Positions 33,482 to 42,844 of a DNA stretch of 64,000 nt are shown piece by piece. Under the pieces are notes generated by a model. The model ran no database searches and was not told where the DNA came from. It was given only the letters and a program-made list of their open reading frames with translations. The stretch is from positions 115,805 through 179,804 of the forward strand of contig CAKRNA010000003.1 in NCBI GenBank assembly GCA_934365195.1. Direction: 5' to 3'. The position numbers were made by a program, and so were the translations under genes. Numbering within the stretch: position 1 is the stretch's first letter; each line of letters starts with the position of its first letter. The DNA is from an uncultured Clostridia bacterium (GTDB taxonomy: Bacteria; Bacillota; Clostridia; Christensenellales; CAAEEZ01).

Positions 33482-34207
33482 CTATATACAAAATATTATT
33501 ATTAGTCCCGTCAAAATTCCTACGCTTAGCCCGTAGACGTCCTTTCTTTTACCCGTGTAGCACTCTCTAAACAGTTCGTTCACGCTTACGTAAAGCATTG
33601 CGCCCGACGAAAAAGCAATACTGCCTGCGATAAAGCCTTGACTTACGCCGCCAAGATAGTAACTAATCACGCCGCCAACCACCGTAGGCAGCCCCGACAA
33701 AAAGCAGATAAGCAGCACTTTTAACGGTTTTGCTCCGCCCAGCGACGTCGGTAACGCTATTGCCATACCCTCGGGTATATTGTGTAAGGCTATCATAATT
33801 ACGTAGGCAACAGACAGCCCCGCCACACTACTTGCGCCGATTATCATGCCCTCGGGCAAATTATGTACCGCAATGGAAGTAATCACGATAATAGCGGTTA
33901 GTTTGTCGTTTTTTGCCGAAAACACCCGAAGTATTTCGGTGCGACTTGCTTTTTTGTTTACCAAAATATCCACAAGCCAGACGGTGAAGTAGCCTGCAAG
34001 CCCTATTAGCAAGGCGAAAACGACGTTGCTTTTTTCAATAGCCTCTACTACTAAGTCGCTAAGCACCATAGCCGTCATTACGCCACCTGCAAAGCCGTAC
34101 AATAGCCCCACGGATATATTTTTCTTTTTCAGCAATATGCCCAAAACTCCGCCTAGCATAGTGCCAACCACCCCCGCAACAAACACGGCGAGCAAAACTT
34201 TTAGCAT
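33482..34207 (-). CDS. ZIP family divalent-metal transporter
   Basis: 241 aa, 8 TM. It has duplicated metal-site motifs VHNLPEGMIIG and LHNIPEGMAIA. Confidence 0.88.
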   Translation of the reverse strand: MLKVLLAVFVAGVVGTMLGGVLGILLKKKNISVGLLYGFAGGVMTAMVLSDLVVEAIEKSNVVFALLIGLAGYFTVWLVDILVNKKASRTEILRVFSAKNDKLTAIIVITSIAVHNLPEGMIIGASSVAGLSVAYVIMIALHNIPEGMAIALPTSLGGAKPLKVLLICFLSGLPTVVGGVISYYLGGVSQGFIAGSIAFSSGAMLYVSVNELFRECYTGKRKDVYGLSVGILTGLIIIFCI

Positions 34208-34722
34208 TAGATATCTTCCTTAAAAATAGGCTGATAAACCAAGCCGTCCTCGTTTCTAAAACTCAAAAACAGCGTGATATTATCGCAGTTCAACCTAATC
34301 TTATGCTCCAAACCAACAGAAAATTCGCCCTTGTACTTTGTTTTTCTTGCAACGGTTACGTGCGGAGTAAACAGTTCCTCCACGTTAAACCCGCATTTTA
34401 CAAGTTCCTCTCTTAATGCGCTATGCAAATCTTCCAGCCCCTCGCACTTACCTGTAAGTACCGTGACTTTGCCGTTTTTGAAAGTGGTTAATAAAGAAAC
34501 CGTAAACTCGCAAGACTTAGCCCTGCGCTTTACGGTTTTAACACATTCTTTGATTTTTTCAATCTCGCTAGCCTCTACCTCGCCTATAAATTGCAAGGTT
34601 ACGTGATAGTTGTTTTTTTTGGTTAGGTCACTTTTTTCGGCGTAATTTTCTATGGTTTTTGCCACCTCAAAAATCTCGTCCTTTTCTTTTTCAGTCAACT
34701 CTACACCCAAAAAAACTCTCAT
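34207..34722 (-). CDS. thpR: RNA 2',3'-cyclic phosphodiesterase (2H family, LigT/ThpR)
   Basis: 171 aa with the two HxT/S motifs HVTLQF and HVTVAR. It overlaps both neighbours by 1 nt. Confidence 0.85.
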   Translation of the reverse strand: MRVFLGVELTEKEKDEIFEVAKTIENYAEKSDLTKKNNYHVTLQFIGEVEASEIEKIKECVKTVKRRAKSCEFTVSLLTTFKNGKVTVLTGKCEGLEDLHSALREELVKCGFNVEELFTPHVTVARKTKYKGEFSVGLEHKIRLNCDNITLFLSFRNEDGLVYQPIFKEDI

Positions 34723-36746
34723 TATTTTTTCTTACCCTTCTTGCTAACGTTACCTGCCGTCTTTTTTTCGGTTTTATTTATCGGCATCGGCGTTTTTGAT
34801 TTAATTACGAATATCATTACGATGCTTGCAATAGTTAGCGACGTTACTATTACGACAGGCACTACGATATCGTGCACCGTTGTAGCCCTTGGCAAGCCCC
34901 TAGTTGACGAAGTAAGGGTGTAAATAACGGTTTTGCCGTCCTTTAACGTGCCGCAAATGGTTACGTCGTCTAGGTTTGGCTTGTTGATTACAACCTGTTT
35001 AAAGTCATCGTTGAAAAGCCTTGTGCCGCTAATCGTCTTTACGTTGTACGTGCCGTCAATGTTTTTGCACACGTATGCGCCCGTTTTAAATATTAGTTGC
35101 GAATTTTTAGTCGTTGTAAAATCGTCAATTACGGTAGCGTTGCCGTTTTTGTCAAGTTTGTAAACCTTATAAGTTTTCTTAGCGTTCTTTGGATCAAAAT
35201 TCTTGGTAGAATCCTTTTTGTCCATCATAACTTCGCCGTTTGGCTTGTGCCACTTTCCGTTTTCGCTGTAAATATCGCTAACTCTTACGTCGGGATAGTC
35301 CTCAAAGTACAAGTTGTACGCAAGCGCAACCCCACTTATAAACGGAGCAATGTAGTCGTAATCAAAACCAACTATCATCCTGCCGTTTCTGTCGTATGCG
35401 CCAAACTTTTGATAAGCACTGTAACTATTATCTTGATACAACGTTTTACTCCCTGTCAGTTGCTTTTGGCACACTAAAATTCCGTCGTTATAAAATAGGT
35501 TTTTGTAGGTTGCGTCCGTCTTTTCAAAAGCAGTACTACCATCGATATTAAGTAGCCTGATGTAACTCCAAGAGTTGTTTGGCGAAAAGCCTTTGCCGTC
35601 TATAAACAACATATAAAGCGGACTCATATCACCAAGCCTATCTTGGTTTAGTTGGAAGTTCTTACCCACCCTACCGGTTAGGGAAGTAACCACCTCGTTA
35701 TCTTTGTTTAGGATATATTGATCGCTATAAGCCACCTTGGTATTCGAATCTACCGTAAGCCCGCTTTGAACCAGTTTGTAACCTTTTTTAATAACGTCGT
35801 TAATCGAAACCACCAAATCGCCGAACTGGTTGGTTATTTGCTCGTTCTCGTCAAACAAAATACTAATAAAGTAAGTGTTGCTCTTACCTCTTTTTTCCTC
35901 GGTTTTAGTACTTACGTTGTAGATTATTGCCTCACCGTTGTAGTATTTCCCGCCAAATTCATATTGATAATCGTTTTGGGTTGCCGTGGTTTGATTAAAG
36001 ATATAAAACTTGCCATTACCTAAATAACTAACGTACACGTTAGTGCCCTCGTATTCCTTTTGCGGCTTAGTAATTACTTCGGTATTGCTATCCTTCACGC
36101 TTGGCAACTTATAAAAAGCCACATTTTTTGCGTTAGACACGCTGTTTGTCATCATCAAGTAATCGTCGTACACGTAGGTATTTCCGCTCAAATAATAGGT
36201 TTGGGTTAAATATCCGTCTAGCCCGTAAATTTCAAGCATGCTGTTATTTTTATATGCAAAAAACTTACTGTTATCGCCAAAAGTTATCACGTCACCGATA
36301 GCCGTCTTATCCTTTTTAAAACTGATTTCTTTCCTTGTTCCGCAGGCAATCACTTTTACGCTAGAAGACGATAACTCCCTGTAGAAAATAAATTCGTCGG
36401 TTTTTACGATATAATTTACTAATATTTCTTTTCCGTCCTTCATACCAAGCACCCATTCGCCGTTTTGATAATCGTAAACAGCGTATATAGCATCCCTTGT
36501 ATTGTCCTTTGTGTTGTCCTTTTTAACAACCACCCAAGGTCTATTCGTAAAGAACGGGTTTGTAACCACGCCGTATCCAACGCTGTAACCTTGAGGGATT
36601 TCGCCCTCTTTATTAGCACCGTCAAACTCGGTTAAAGTGGCGTGATTTACGTACACGTCGCTAAGCCTTACGTTACCGGTACAGCCGGTAAAAACCACCG
36701 TAACGGCTACTATTAAGCAAACTAAAAGCAATAATTTCTTTTTCAT
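34722..36746 (-). CDS. large surface lipoprotein of unknown function with an additional C-terminal TM anchor
   Basis: I moved the start to ATG 36746 (MKKKLLLLVCLIVAVTVVFTGC lipobox, SD GAGGAaat). The promoter TSS is predicted at about 36779, so the track start is an artefact. The protein is Y/N/G/D-rich and probably beta-rich. One WG-beta-repeat-like segment is present (FGAYDRNGRMIVGFDYDYIAPFISGVALAY). The C-terminus has a TM helix and a K-rich tail. Confidence 0.7.
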   Translation of the reverse strand: MKKKLLLLVCLIVAVTVVFTGCTGNVRLSDVYVNHATLTEFDGANKEGEIPQGYSVGYGVVTNPFFTNRPWVVVKKDNTKDNTRDAIYAVYDYQNGEWVLGMKDGKEILVNYIVKTDEFIFYRELSSSSVKVIACGTRKEISFKKDKTAIGDVITFGDNSKFFAYKNNSMLEIYGLDGYLTQTYYLSGNTYVYDDYLMMTNSVSNAKNVAFYKLPSVKDSNTEVITKPQKEYEGTNVYVSYLGNGKFYIFNQTTATQNDYQYEFGGKYYNGEAIIYNVSTKTEEKRGKSNTYFISILFDENEQITNQFGDLVVSINDVIKKGYKLVQSGLTVDSNTKVAYSDQYILNKDNEVVTSLTGRVGKNFQLNQDRLGDMSPLYMLFIDGKGFSPNNSWSYIRLLNIDGSTAFEKTDATYKNLFYNDGILVCQKQLTGSKTLYQDNSYSAYQKFGAYDRNGRMIVGFDYDYIAPFISGVALAYNLYFEDYPDVRVSDIYSENGKWHKPNGEVMMDKKDSTKNFDPKNAKKTYKVYKLDKNGNATVIDDFTTTKNSQLIFKTGAYVCKNIDGTYNVKTISGTRLFNDDFKQVVINKPNLDDVTICGTLKDGKTVIYTLTSSTRGLPRATTVHDIVVPVVIVTSLTIASIVMIFVIKSKTPMPINKTEKKTAGNVSKKGKKK

Positions 36747-36785
36747 ATTTCCTCGTAAAAGTAGATAACTATTAAACAAGATATA

Positions 36786-36814
36786 ATTTTATCATAAATA
36801 TATAACTGTGTCAA
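36786..36814 (-). promoter_or_regulatory. sigma-A-type promoter of the lipoprotein-thpR-ZIP operon
   Basis: The minus strand has TTGACA (36814-36809), a 17-nt spacer and TAAAAT (36791-36786). Confidence 0.65.
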
Positions 36815-36915
36815 TATATCCCGCCCCTTGCCCACGAGGTTTTACTAGGCTTTTTCGTTATTTTTTTCCTACTTATTTTTACTAGGCTTTACCGTAAAAC
36901 CTTTAATTGCGGCTT

Positions 36916-36948
36916 AAATAAAAAGAGCCCGACTACGTATCGAACTCT
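36916..36948 (-). terminator. intrinsic terminator after corA
   Basis: Minus-strand AGAGUUCGA-UACGUAG-UCGGGCUCU (9 bp, two G.U) followed by U5AUUU, 16 nt after the corA stop. Confidence 0.6.
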
Positions 36949-36963
36949 GCTTGTTTTGTGATT

Positions 36964-37932
36964 TTATTTTTTCCTAAACTTCTTTTTCTTAAACAGGAAT
37001 ATGCCCGCTATCACGGTGATAACCACAGATATTGCAGTCAGTATCCAGAAGCCTGCGGGGTTATTTTGCCACGGTACAGGCGTGTTCATACCCCACAAAG
37101 AGTAAATCAAAGTAGGTATTGCCAAAATAACCGTGTAAATCGTAAGTTTTTTCATCACGTCGTTTAGGTTGTTGTTGATAATGTTCGCAAAAGCCTCGGT
37201 GGTACTTTTCAAAATGTCTGAATAAATGCGACACATTTCCATTGCTTGCCTATTCTCGATACCAACGTCCTCCCACAAGTCTTGGTCGTCCTCGTAGAAG
37301 TTTTTTGCCTCCACTCTTGCCAGTTTTTCAATAACGGCGTTGTTGCTACGAAGTGAAGTAGAGAAGTAAACCAAGGAATTTTCAAGGTCAAGTAATTGCA
37401 CTAATAAGTCGTTACTCATAGTGTTGTAAAGATCGGCTTGAATTCTTTGGCTGGCTTTGTCTATTTGACGCAAATATTGCAAGAACTTAGTACTTGCTCC
37501 GTACAAAAGTTGCAGCAAAAATCTAGTTTTGAAGTTGGTATCAAAACTCTTTACCCTGCCCGTTGCAAAGTCGTTAAGTAGGACGGTTCTTTTTAGGCAA
37601 ACGGTGACAATCGTGCTTGCGTTGTACATAACGCCCAGCGGTATAGAAATATAGGAATAGTAGTTTTCCTCTTCCTCTATCGTAGGGATATCAAAAAGTG
37701 TCAAAAGCCAGTCCTCGTCCCTGTCGATACGAGCCATCTCCTCATCGTCTAGCGCTGCCTTAATCATCTCTTCTGGCGTGCCTATTTTTTCGCAAACAAA
37801 TTCTATCTCCTTATCGGTAGGGTTGGTCATGTGTATCCATTTTCCCTTTGCATCAAAAGACTCGTCTATCGCCTCAGGATTGATAGACTTCAAAAACTTT
37901 GTTTGTGGATCTGTGTAAAAGATTTGAAACAT
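36964..37932 (-). CDS. corA: CorA family magnesium/cobalt transporter
   Basis: 322 aa. A cytoplasmic funnel domain, two C-terminal TM helices, and the signature YSLWGMNTPVPW (GMN). Confidence 0.92.
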   Translation of the reverse strand: MFQIFYTDPQTKFLKSINPEAIDESFDAKGKWIHMTNPTDKEIEFVCEKIGTPEEMIKAALDDEEMARIDRDEDWLLTLFDIPTIEEEENYYSYISIPLGVMYNASTIVTVCLKRTVLLNDFATGRVKSFDTNFKTRFLLQLLYGASTKFLQYLRQIDKASQRIQADLYNTMSNDLLVQLLDLENSLVYFSTSLRSNNAVIEKLARVEAKNFYEDDQDLWEDVGIENRQAMEMCRIYSDILKSTTEAFANIINNNLNDVMKKLTIYTVILAIPTLIYSLWGMNTPVPWQNNPAGFWILTAISVVITVIAGIFLFKKKKFRKK

Positions 37933-37972
37933 CTTACTTACCTCCTCGTCCTCATAACGCCTAGTAAGTAAG
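37933..37972 (-). promoter_or_regulatory. hairpin abutting the corA start codon that occludes part of the SD and the SD-start spacer
   Basis: The minus-strand RNA reads CUUACUUAC-(22-nt loop UAGGCGUUAUGAGGACGAGGAG)-GUAAGUAAG-AUG. The 9-bp stem is perfect, and its 3' arm covers the end of the SD and the entire SD-to-AUG spacer. Confidence 0.55.
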
Positions 37973-38286
37973 AAAAAATACTAAAAACGTTATGAACCTT
38001 AAATATTGAAATTGCAACTTAAAGGGTCTGCGTCCATTTTTACCTCAATTAAAAATTAGTACATATATTCTAACATATTTGAAAAACGTAATGCAACCAA
38101 AAAGCACCTTATTTTGCGATTAAAAAGTTTTTTACCTTTAAAACCGCAATTTTTGTTTGCCTCGGCTATTTTTTACCTGCAAAAGCCACCAAAGTATATT
38201 ATGCTGCGGCTATTTATAAACTTGCTTTTTCAGTAAACTTTTAGTAGTTTTTTCTTAATTTTCCCCGCAAATTCACGGTTTTATAC

Positions 38287-38310
38287 AAAAAAAGGAGCGT
38301 TTCCGCTCCT
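38287..38310 (-). terminator. intrinsic terminator after the 357-aa membrane protein gene
   Basis: Minus-strand AGGAGCG-GAAA-CGCUCCU followed by U7, 12 nt after the stop. Confidence 0.8.
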
Positions 38311-38322
38311 TTGATATTTCGA

Positions 38323-39396
38323 TTAAACTATTTGCTTTTTAATCTTCATTGCGCACTCTTTTAGTTTTTCTCTTTCAACCTTGTTTTCACACTTATTGCT
38401 TGCGGCAATTAGCATCTTTGCAAGACCTATGTAAGTTGCCTTATTTGACTTCTTACTAATAGCCGTATCAACTAGCAGAGAGATTTTGTTTAGTTTCTCC
38501 ATCATTTCAGGGTTTACTTCCTCGCTTGCCACAGTAGGCTCTGCCTCGGTGGTGTCCTCTACAAACTCAGGCTCTTCAACCGATTCAACTTGTTCTTCAA
38601 TGGTTTCAGGCTCAATGGTTTCAGGCTCTGTAGTTTCAGTCGTTTCAGCGATTTCAGTTTCAGTCGTTTCAGACTCAGCGGTTTCGGTAGCGTCGCTAAC
38701 AACTACTGACGGCTCTTCCTCTGCACTCTTTACTTCTTCGTAGTTTTCAACCTCAAAATCTTGGTACAAGTTTGCGTAAGCGTCTAGTCTTTCTTGCATT
38801 TTGTAGAACTTCTCAACTGCGCCGTTATCTGCAAGCGAGAACACGCCGTTTATGATAAAGTCGCAAATAATTGCCGTAACTGCAAGCAATGCAAGACCCG
38901 GAATAATACGAATAGGTTGGCTAAAATTGTTTATGTAGTGCAAGTTGTAACCAAGTGCGGCAAGCACGATAAAACCGCAACCGTATCTAAAAGCAAGAAT
39001 CCTGCTACGGCTAATGCCCCTACCTACTCTGTGCCTCGTTAAGCATTGCGAATAAGTGATGTAGTCGCTAGGGAAACCGTACCCTTCGTTAAGGAAAGCC
39101 TGCCAGCCGTTACGCATACATTTTACGCAATGTTTACCAAAACATTTACCGGTAAAATACTCTACGTTTTCTTTATTTATTTCTTTGTATTTTTTGATAA
39201 ACTTATTTACCTTATTACAATCTTTACTTATCCTTGTAGTGTAACAAAAGGACTTAGAGATAAGTACTACTATCGCCCAAGCGATAATAAGCAAAAATGC
39301 TAACGCATAAATAACCGTATAATCCACTTCGATAAATTTATGCATATTAGAATATACCATATTATAGATGGATTTCAAGAAACTTTCGAAAGTCAT
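38323..39396 (-). CDS. membrane protein of unknown function with an acidic Thr/Glu/Pro-rich repeat linker
   Basis: I moved the start to ATG 39396 (MTFESFLKS, SD GGAGGAGtt) because an extended -10 TGCTATAAT (39426-39418) lies inside the track's longer ORF. It has about 3-4 TM, a Cys-rich loop (CFGKHCVKCMRNGW), then TETAESETTETEIAETTETTEPETIEPETIEEQVESVEEPEFVEDTTEAEP. Confidence 0.65.
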   Translation of the reverse strand: MTFESFLKSIYNMVYSNMHKFIEVDYTVIYALAFLLIIAWAIVVLISKSFCYTTRISKDCNKVNKFIKKYKEINKENVEYFTGKCFGKHCVKCMRNGWQAFLNEGYGFPSDYITYSQCLTRHRVGRGISRSRILAFRYGCGFIVLAALGYNLHYINNFSQPIRIIPGLALLAVTAIICDFIINGVFSLADNGAVEKFYKMQERLDAYANLYQDFEVENYEEVKSAEEEPSVVVSDATETAESETTETEIAETTETTEPETIEPETIEEQVESVEEPEFVEDTTEAEPTVASEEVNPEMMEKLNKISLLVDTAISKKSNKATYIGLAKMLIAASNKCENKVEREKLKECAMKIKKQIV

Positions 39397-39517
39397 AACT
39401 CCTCCACATTGTATAATATTATAGCACAATAAAAAAAATTTGCAACAATAATATTTAACCAAATGACTTTTATCGTGCTATTACGCCATATTAACTCCTT
39501 TTTATAGTGGTTTTTGG

Positions 39518-42500
39518 CTATAACTCTATTTCCGTGCCTCTTTTTAGGTTAACTATGACTTTTTTGTCTATTTCTGCATTAAACAGGGTTTTATATGCCG
39601 TTTCGTACACATAAAACTGCTTTTCGTAAGTTTTACGTAGTTCATCATCGGATTTTGACGAATATTTGTAGTCCACTAGCACCGTTTTTTCGCCCTCGAT
39701 AACAAGGTCCATCTCACCCTGAACAATTACGTCGTCACAGGATGAAAAACCCACCTTGTCCGCCCCGATTTTGATTAAAAACTCCTTTTCTCTTAGGCAA
39801 TTATACTTGCTTGCGTACTTAATAATGCCTAGGTTCAGCACCTTTGCAATCACGGTTTCGTCCACTGCTTTTCTTTCTTCAAGCGGTAAAATTCCAGCCT
39901 CCGTCATCTTGTCCAGTTCGGCTTTCACCTCGCTAATAGTAGACACGGAAAAATCGATATTTTCCATAACTTTGTGGTATATCACGCCCGTTTTTGCCGC
40001 CTTGCTCTCCTCGGTGATTTTGTACTGGTCGGCATCGCTACTTACCGTGCTATTTATAGAAGTTGCGGAGTGTACGAACGGCATTTTGGTTGCTTCAAGG
40101 TAAGGATACCGATAACCGAAAGTGTTTTTTACCATATCTACAAGCGCCTTGTCGCCTTTTCCAAAATAGGTTTCTTCTTCCTCTTTAAAAGTTTCTACGT
40201 CTTCGTCCGCACTTACGTAAGTTACGGTTTTTGCCACCTCTTCGTCGCTGTCAATTACACACTTTAACATATCATAATAAGAGCCTGCCTGCTCCACAAC
40301 GAACATTTTTTTATGGTTTGCTTTGGCAAGTAAGTACAATTTATTTTTAGCCCTAGTTAGCGCCACGTAAAACAGCCTAATATCCTCCATAAAGCGCTTG
40401 TTATTTAGGTATAACCCCACCGCTTGCCTTCCTAACGAATCTTTTTTTATATACCTTGCGTGGTCGTAGTAGTATATTCCCATACCCACGTCGCTGCTGT
40501 ACAAAAACTCGCCGCTAGAATCCTTGTTGTTGAACTTTCCGTTAAGTTCAGGCAAAAATACGACCGGGAACTCTAAGCCCTTGGACTTATGGATAGTCAT
40601 CACCTGCACCGCATTTTTGTTTTGGGAAGAAACGGTTTTCGGCTTTATCTCGCCGGTTTTCACGTACTCGAGATAATCCACGATATCGCTTAGGTTTTTG
40701 TTGCTTTGCAAGTCCAAAATATAGTCGTTAAGGTTGTTTAACCTTGCCTCGCCGTCCTTTAAGGAAAGCACATACTCGTCGTAGCCCTCGCTTAGTAAAT
40801 TCCTAAGTAAAGTCGGCACGCTTTTAAAAGACGAGGTAAACCTAATCGTATCGAGTAGCCTTAAAGTTTTTTGAATTTTACTTGCTATTTCGTCGGTCTT
40901 TTCGCTTGCGTACTTGCAAATCGAATTGTACAAATCGCCTTGCGGATAACCTATCCTAACCATTGCAAGTTCTTGCTCGGTCATTTTGCCAAAAAAGGAC
41001 AGCAAAACGGTTGCTAGCGGTTTGTCTTGCCTTGCGTTTAGTGATAGCGACAACACGCTACTAAGTAGGTTTATATCTTCCAGCGAATTTTTCTCGTCAA
41101 AATCGATAATATTAAGCGGAATATACTTTGCAAGATATTCCAAAATAGGCTCTAATTTCGGCCTACTGCTAGTCAAAATCGCAATATCTTTGTACTTACA
41201 TTTTTGCCCGTTTATTTCGTAACTACCTACAAGTCTATTTATTTCGTCAAGGATATATTTTGCCTCCCTGATTTCTGCAGGCTCGCTCTCGACTATCGTT
41301 TCTTCGAGCGGATTGTACACACCGTTGCTTTTAGTAGGTTTTTCTTTCTCGGGCTGTTCGATTAGCACGATTTTGCAATCATTATTTATTTCTAATTTTT
41401 CCTTTATCGTGCCAGGTCTATTTAGCCTACTCGTCCCCTTGTAGTCCACCATAGAGGTTCTCTCGGTCATAATCCTATCGAAAATCCTGTTTACAAAATC
41501 GATAATTTCCTCGCTACTTCTAAAATTACAGTTTAGGTCGATAACAGTTCCCTCGCCCGTTTTCTTATAACTATCGTAACGGCCTTTTATAATCTTAGGA
41601 TCACACAACCTAAAACCGTAAATGCTCTGTTTTAGGTCGCCGACGTAAAACCTTTCGTCGCCTGCAATCTTTTCGATAATATACTCTTGCACGGGGTTCG
41701 TGTCTTGGTATTCGTCCACAAACACCGCATCGTACCTACCCTTTATTTCCTTTACAAGTTCGTCGTTTTTAAGAATTTCAAGGGCGTAGGTTTCAAGGTC
41801 GTTAAAGTCCTGCTTGCCGTTTTTTGCCTTTAAAGATACGTACTCGTCTGAAAACACGCCTGTAAATTTTACAAGGCTATCAAGCACTTTTTTGGTATGA
41901 AAATACTCTTCAATAGAAGCGTCATACGGGTACAAACTTTTAAGTTTGTTCACCGCATTTGTAAGCACTTTCTTTGCCGTTTCTAGCGTACTTACAACTT
42001 CCACGTCGTCCTTTGTATTTGACTTTTTAAACCGCTTTGTAATTTTAAATTCGTTTGCGTAGTTTACCAGTTCTTCAAGGCAGGAAGATTTTCTAAGTGG
42101 TTGCATTTGCTCCACCATTTCCTCTGCTACGTCCACGTTGTCTATTAATTCTTTTCTAACCGACTCGATAATAGCGCTTGCTAGTCTAATTTGCTTTTCG
42201 GCGTCTTCCTTAATTATGTTACCAAGGCTGTCGATACCCTCTTTTGTGAACATAAACGCCACTTGATTAGTCAAAAATGCACCGTCAACTTGCGTTTTTG
42301 CATTTTCGTGTATCTTTTTTACAATCCCGTAAAACTCGTCGTACGTACGATTTTTAGTAAGCACGTTCACAAGAAGGTTAAGGTCTATATCCGAGTTTTC
42401 AATATCGGATATTTTCTCGATTGCGCTATCGAACGCCCTTTTTTTGTAAAGTTCCACTTCCATCTCGTTTAGGATATCGAACACCGGATCAATGCCAAGA

Positions 42501-42844
42501 TAATCAAAATGAGTCCTTGCAATCTCCAAGCAAAAACTGTGTATCGTGCTAATTTGACTAAACGGCATAAGGGCGATTTGCTCCCTAATTAGTTTTGCGT
42601 TTTCGCCGCCCTCTTTTGTAACCTCAATTAGTTTTGACGTGATTTTTGCCTTCATTTCGCTACTTGCAAGTTCAGTAAAAGTCAGCACCAACATTCTGTT
42701 TATCGGCACGTGTTTTTTTATGATATTATTCAGCACCCTTTCAACGAGCACGGTAGTTTTTCCGCTACCTGCCGACGCCGATATAAGTATATTTCCGTTT
42801 TTCTCTATTGCCAGTTTTTGTTCCGGCGTGTAATTAACGTTCAT
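39518..42844 (-). CDS. addA: helicase-exonuclease AddAB, subunit A
   Basis: 1108 aa. UvrD-type SF1 helicase (Walker A SASAGSGKTTVLVERV, DEYQDTNPVQ) plus a C-terminal RecB-type nuclease (GEMDLVI...VDYKYS). Confidence 0.92.
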   Translation of the reverse strand: MNVNYTPEQKLAIEKNGNILISASAGSGKTTVLVERVLNNIIKKHVPINRMLVLTFTELASSEMKAKITSKLIEVTKEGGENAKLIREQIALMPFSQISTIHSFCLEIARTHFDYLGIDPVFDILNEMEVELYKKRAFDSAIEKISDIENSDIDLNLLVNVLTKNRTYDEFYGIVKKIHENAKTQVDGAFLTNQVAFMFTKEGIDSLGNIIKEDAEKQIRLASAIIESVRKELIDNVDVAEEMVEQMQPLRKSSCLEELVNYANEFKITKRFKKSNTKDDVEVVSTLETAKKVLTNAVNKLKSLYPYDASIEEYFHTKKVLDSLVKFTGVFSDEYVSLKAKNGKQDFNDLETYALEILKNDELVKEIKGRYDAVFVDEYQDTNPVQEYIIEKIAGDERFYVGDLKQSIYGFRLCDPKIIKGRYDSYKKTGEGTVIDLNCNFRSSEEIIDFVNRIFDRIMTERTSMVDYKGTSRLNRPGTIKEKLEINNDCKIVLIEQPEKEKPTKSNGVYNPLEETIVESEPAEIREAKYILDEINRLVGSYEINGQKCKYKDIAILTSSRPKLEPILEYLAKYIPLNIIDFDEKNSLEDINLLSSVLSLSLNARQDKPLATVLLSFFGKMTEQELAMVRIGYPQGDLYNSICKYASEKTDEIASKIQKTLRLLDTIRFTSSFKSVPTLLRNLLSEGYDEYVLSLKDGEARLNNLNDYILDLQSNKNLSDIVDYLEYVKTGEIKPKTVSSQNKNAVQVMTIHKSKGLEFPVVFLPELNGKFNNKDSSGEFLYSSDVGMGIYYYDHARYIKKDSLGRQAVGLYLNNKRFMEDIRLFYVALTRAKNKLYLLAKANHKKMFVVEQAGSYYDMLKCVIDSDEEVAKTVTYVSADEDVETFKEEEETYFGKGDKALVDMVKNTFGYRYPYLEATKMPFVHSATSINSTVSSDADQYKITEESKAAKTGVIYHKVMENIDFSVSTISEVKAELDKMTEAGILPLEERKAVDETVIAKVLNLGIIKYASKYNCLREKEFLIKIGADKVGFSSCDDVIVQGEMDLVIEGEKTVLVDYKYSSKSDDELRKTYEKQFYVYETAYKTLFNAEIDKKVIVNLKRGTEIEL

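Noticed and set aside
34725-34905. C-terminal LPRAT + hydrophobic helix + basic tail of the 674-aa protein as a sortase (LPXTG) sorting signal.
   Set aside because: LPRAT is not LPXTG (there is no Gly and the Thr is shifted). The basic tail is much longer than a sorting-signal tail, and no sortase is nearby. I treat it as a plain C-terminal TM anchor.
36747-36779. N-terminal extensions in the ORF track: 36747-36779, 39397-39462, 46096-46140, 50567-50584, 51832-51894 and 54661-54687.
   Set aside because: In each case a downstream ATG has a proper SD and/or a lipoprotein signal. A promoter -10 element or another gene's 3' end lies inside the extension, and several of the extensions start at TTG.
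37973-38110. M-box (ykoK) Mg2+ riboswitch upstream of corA.
   Set aside because: The leader is only about 100 nt and lacks the conserved M-box sequence blocks and multi-helix architecture. Only the hairpin over the SD-start spacer is supported.
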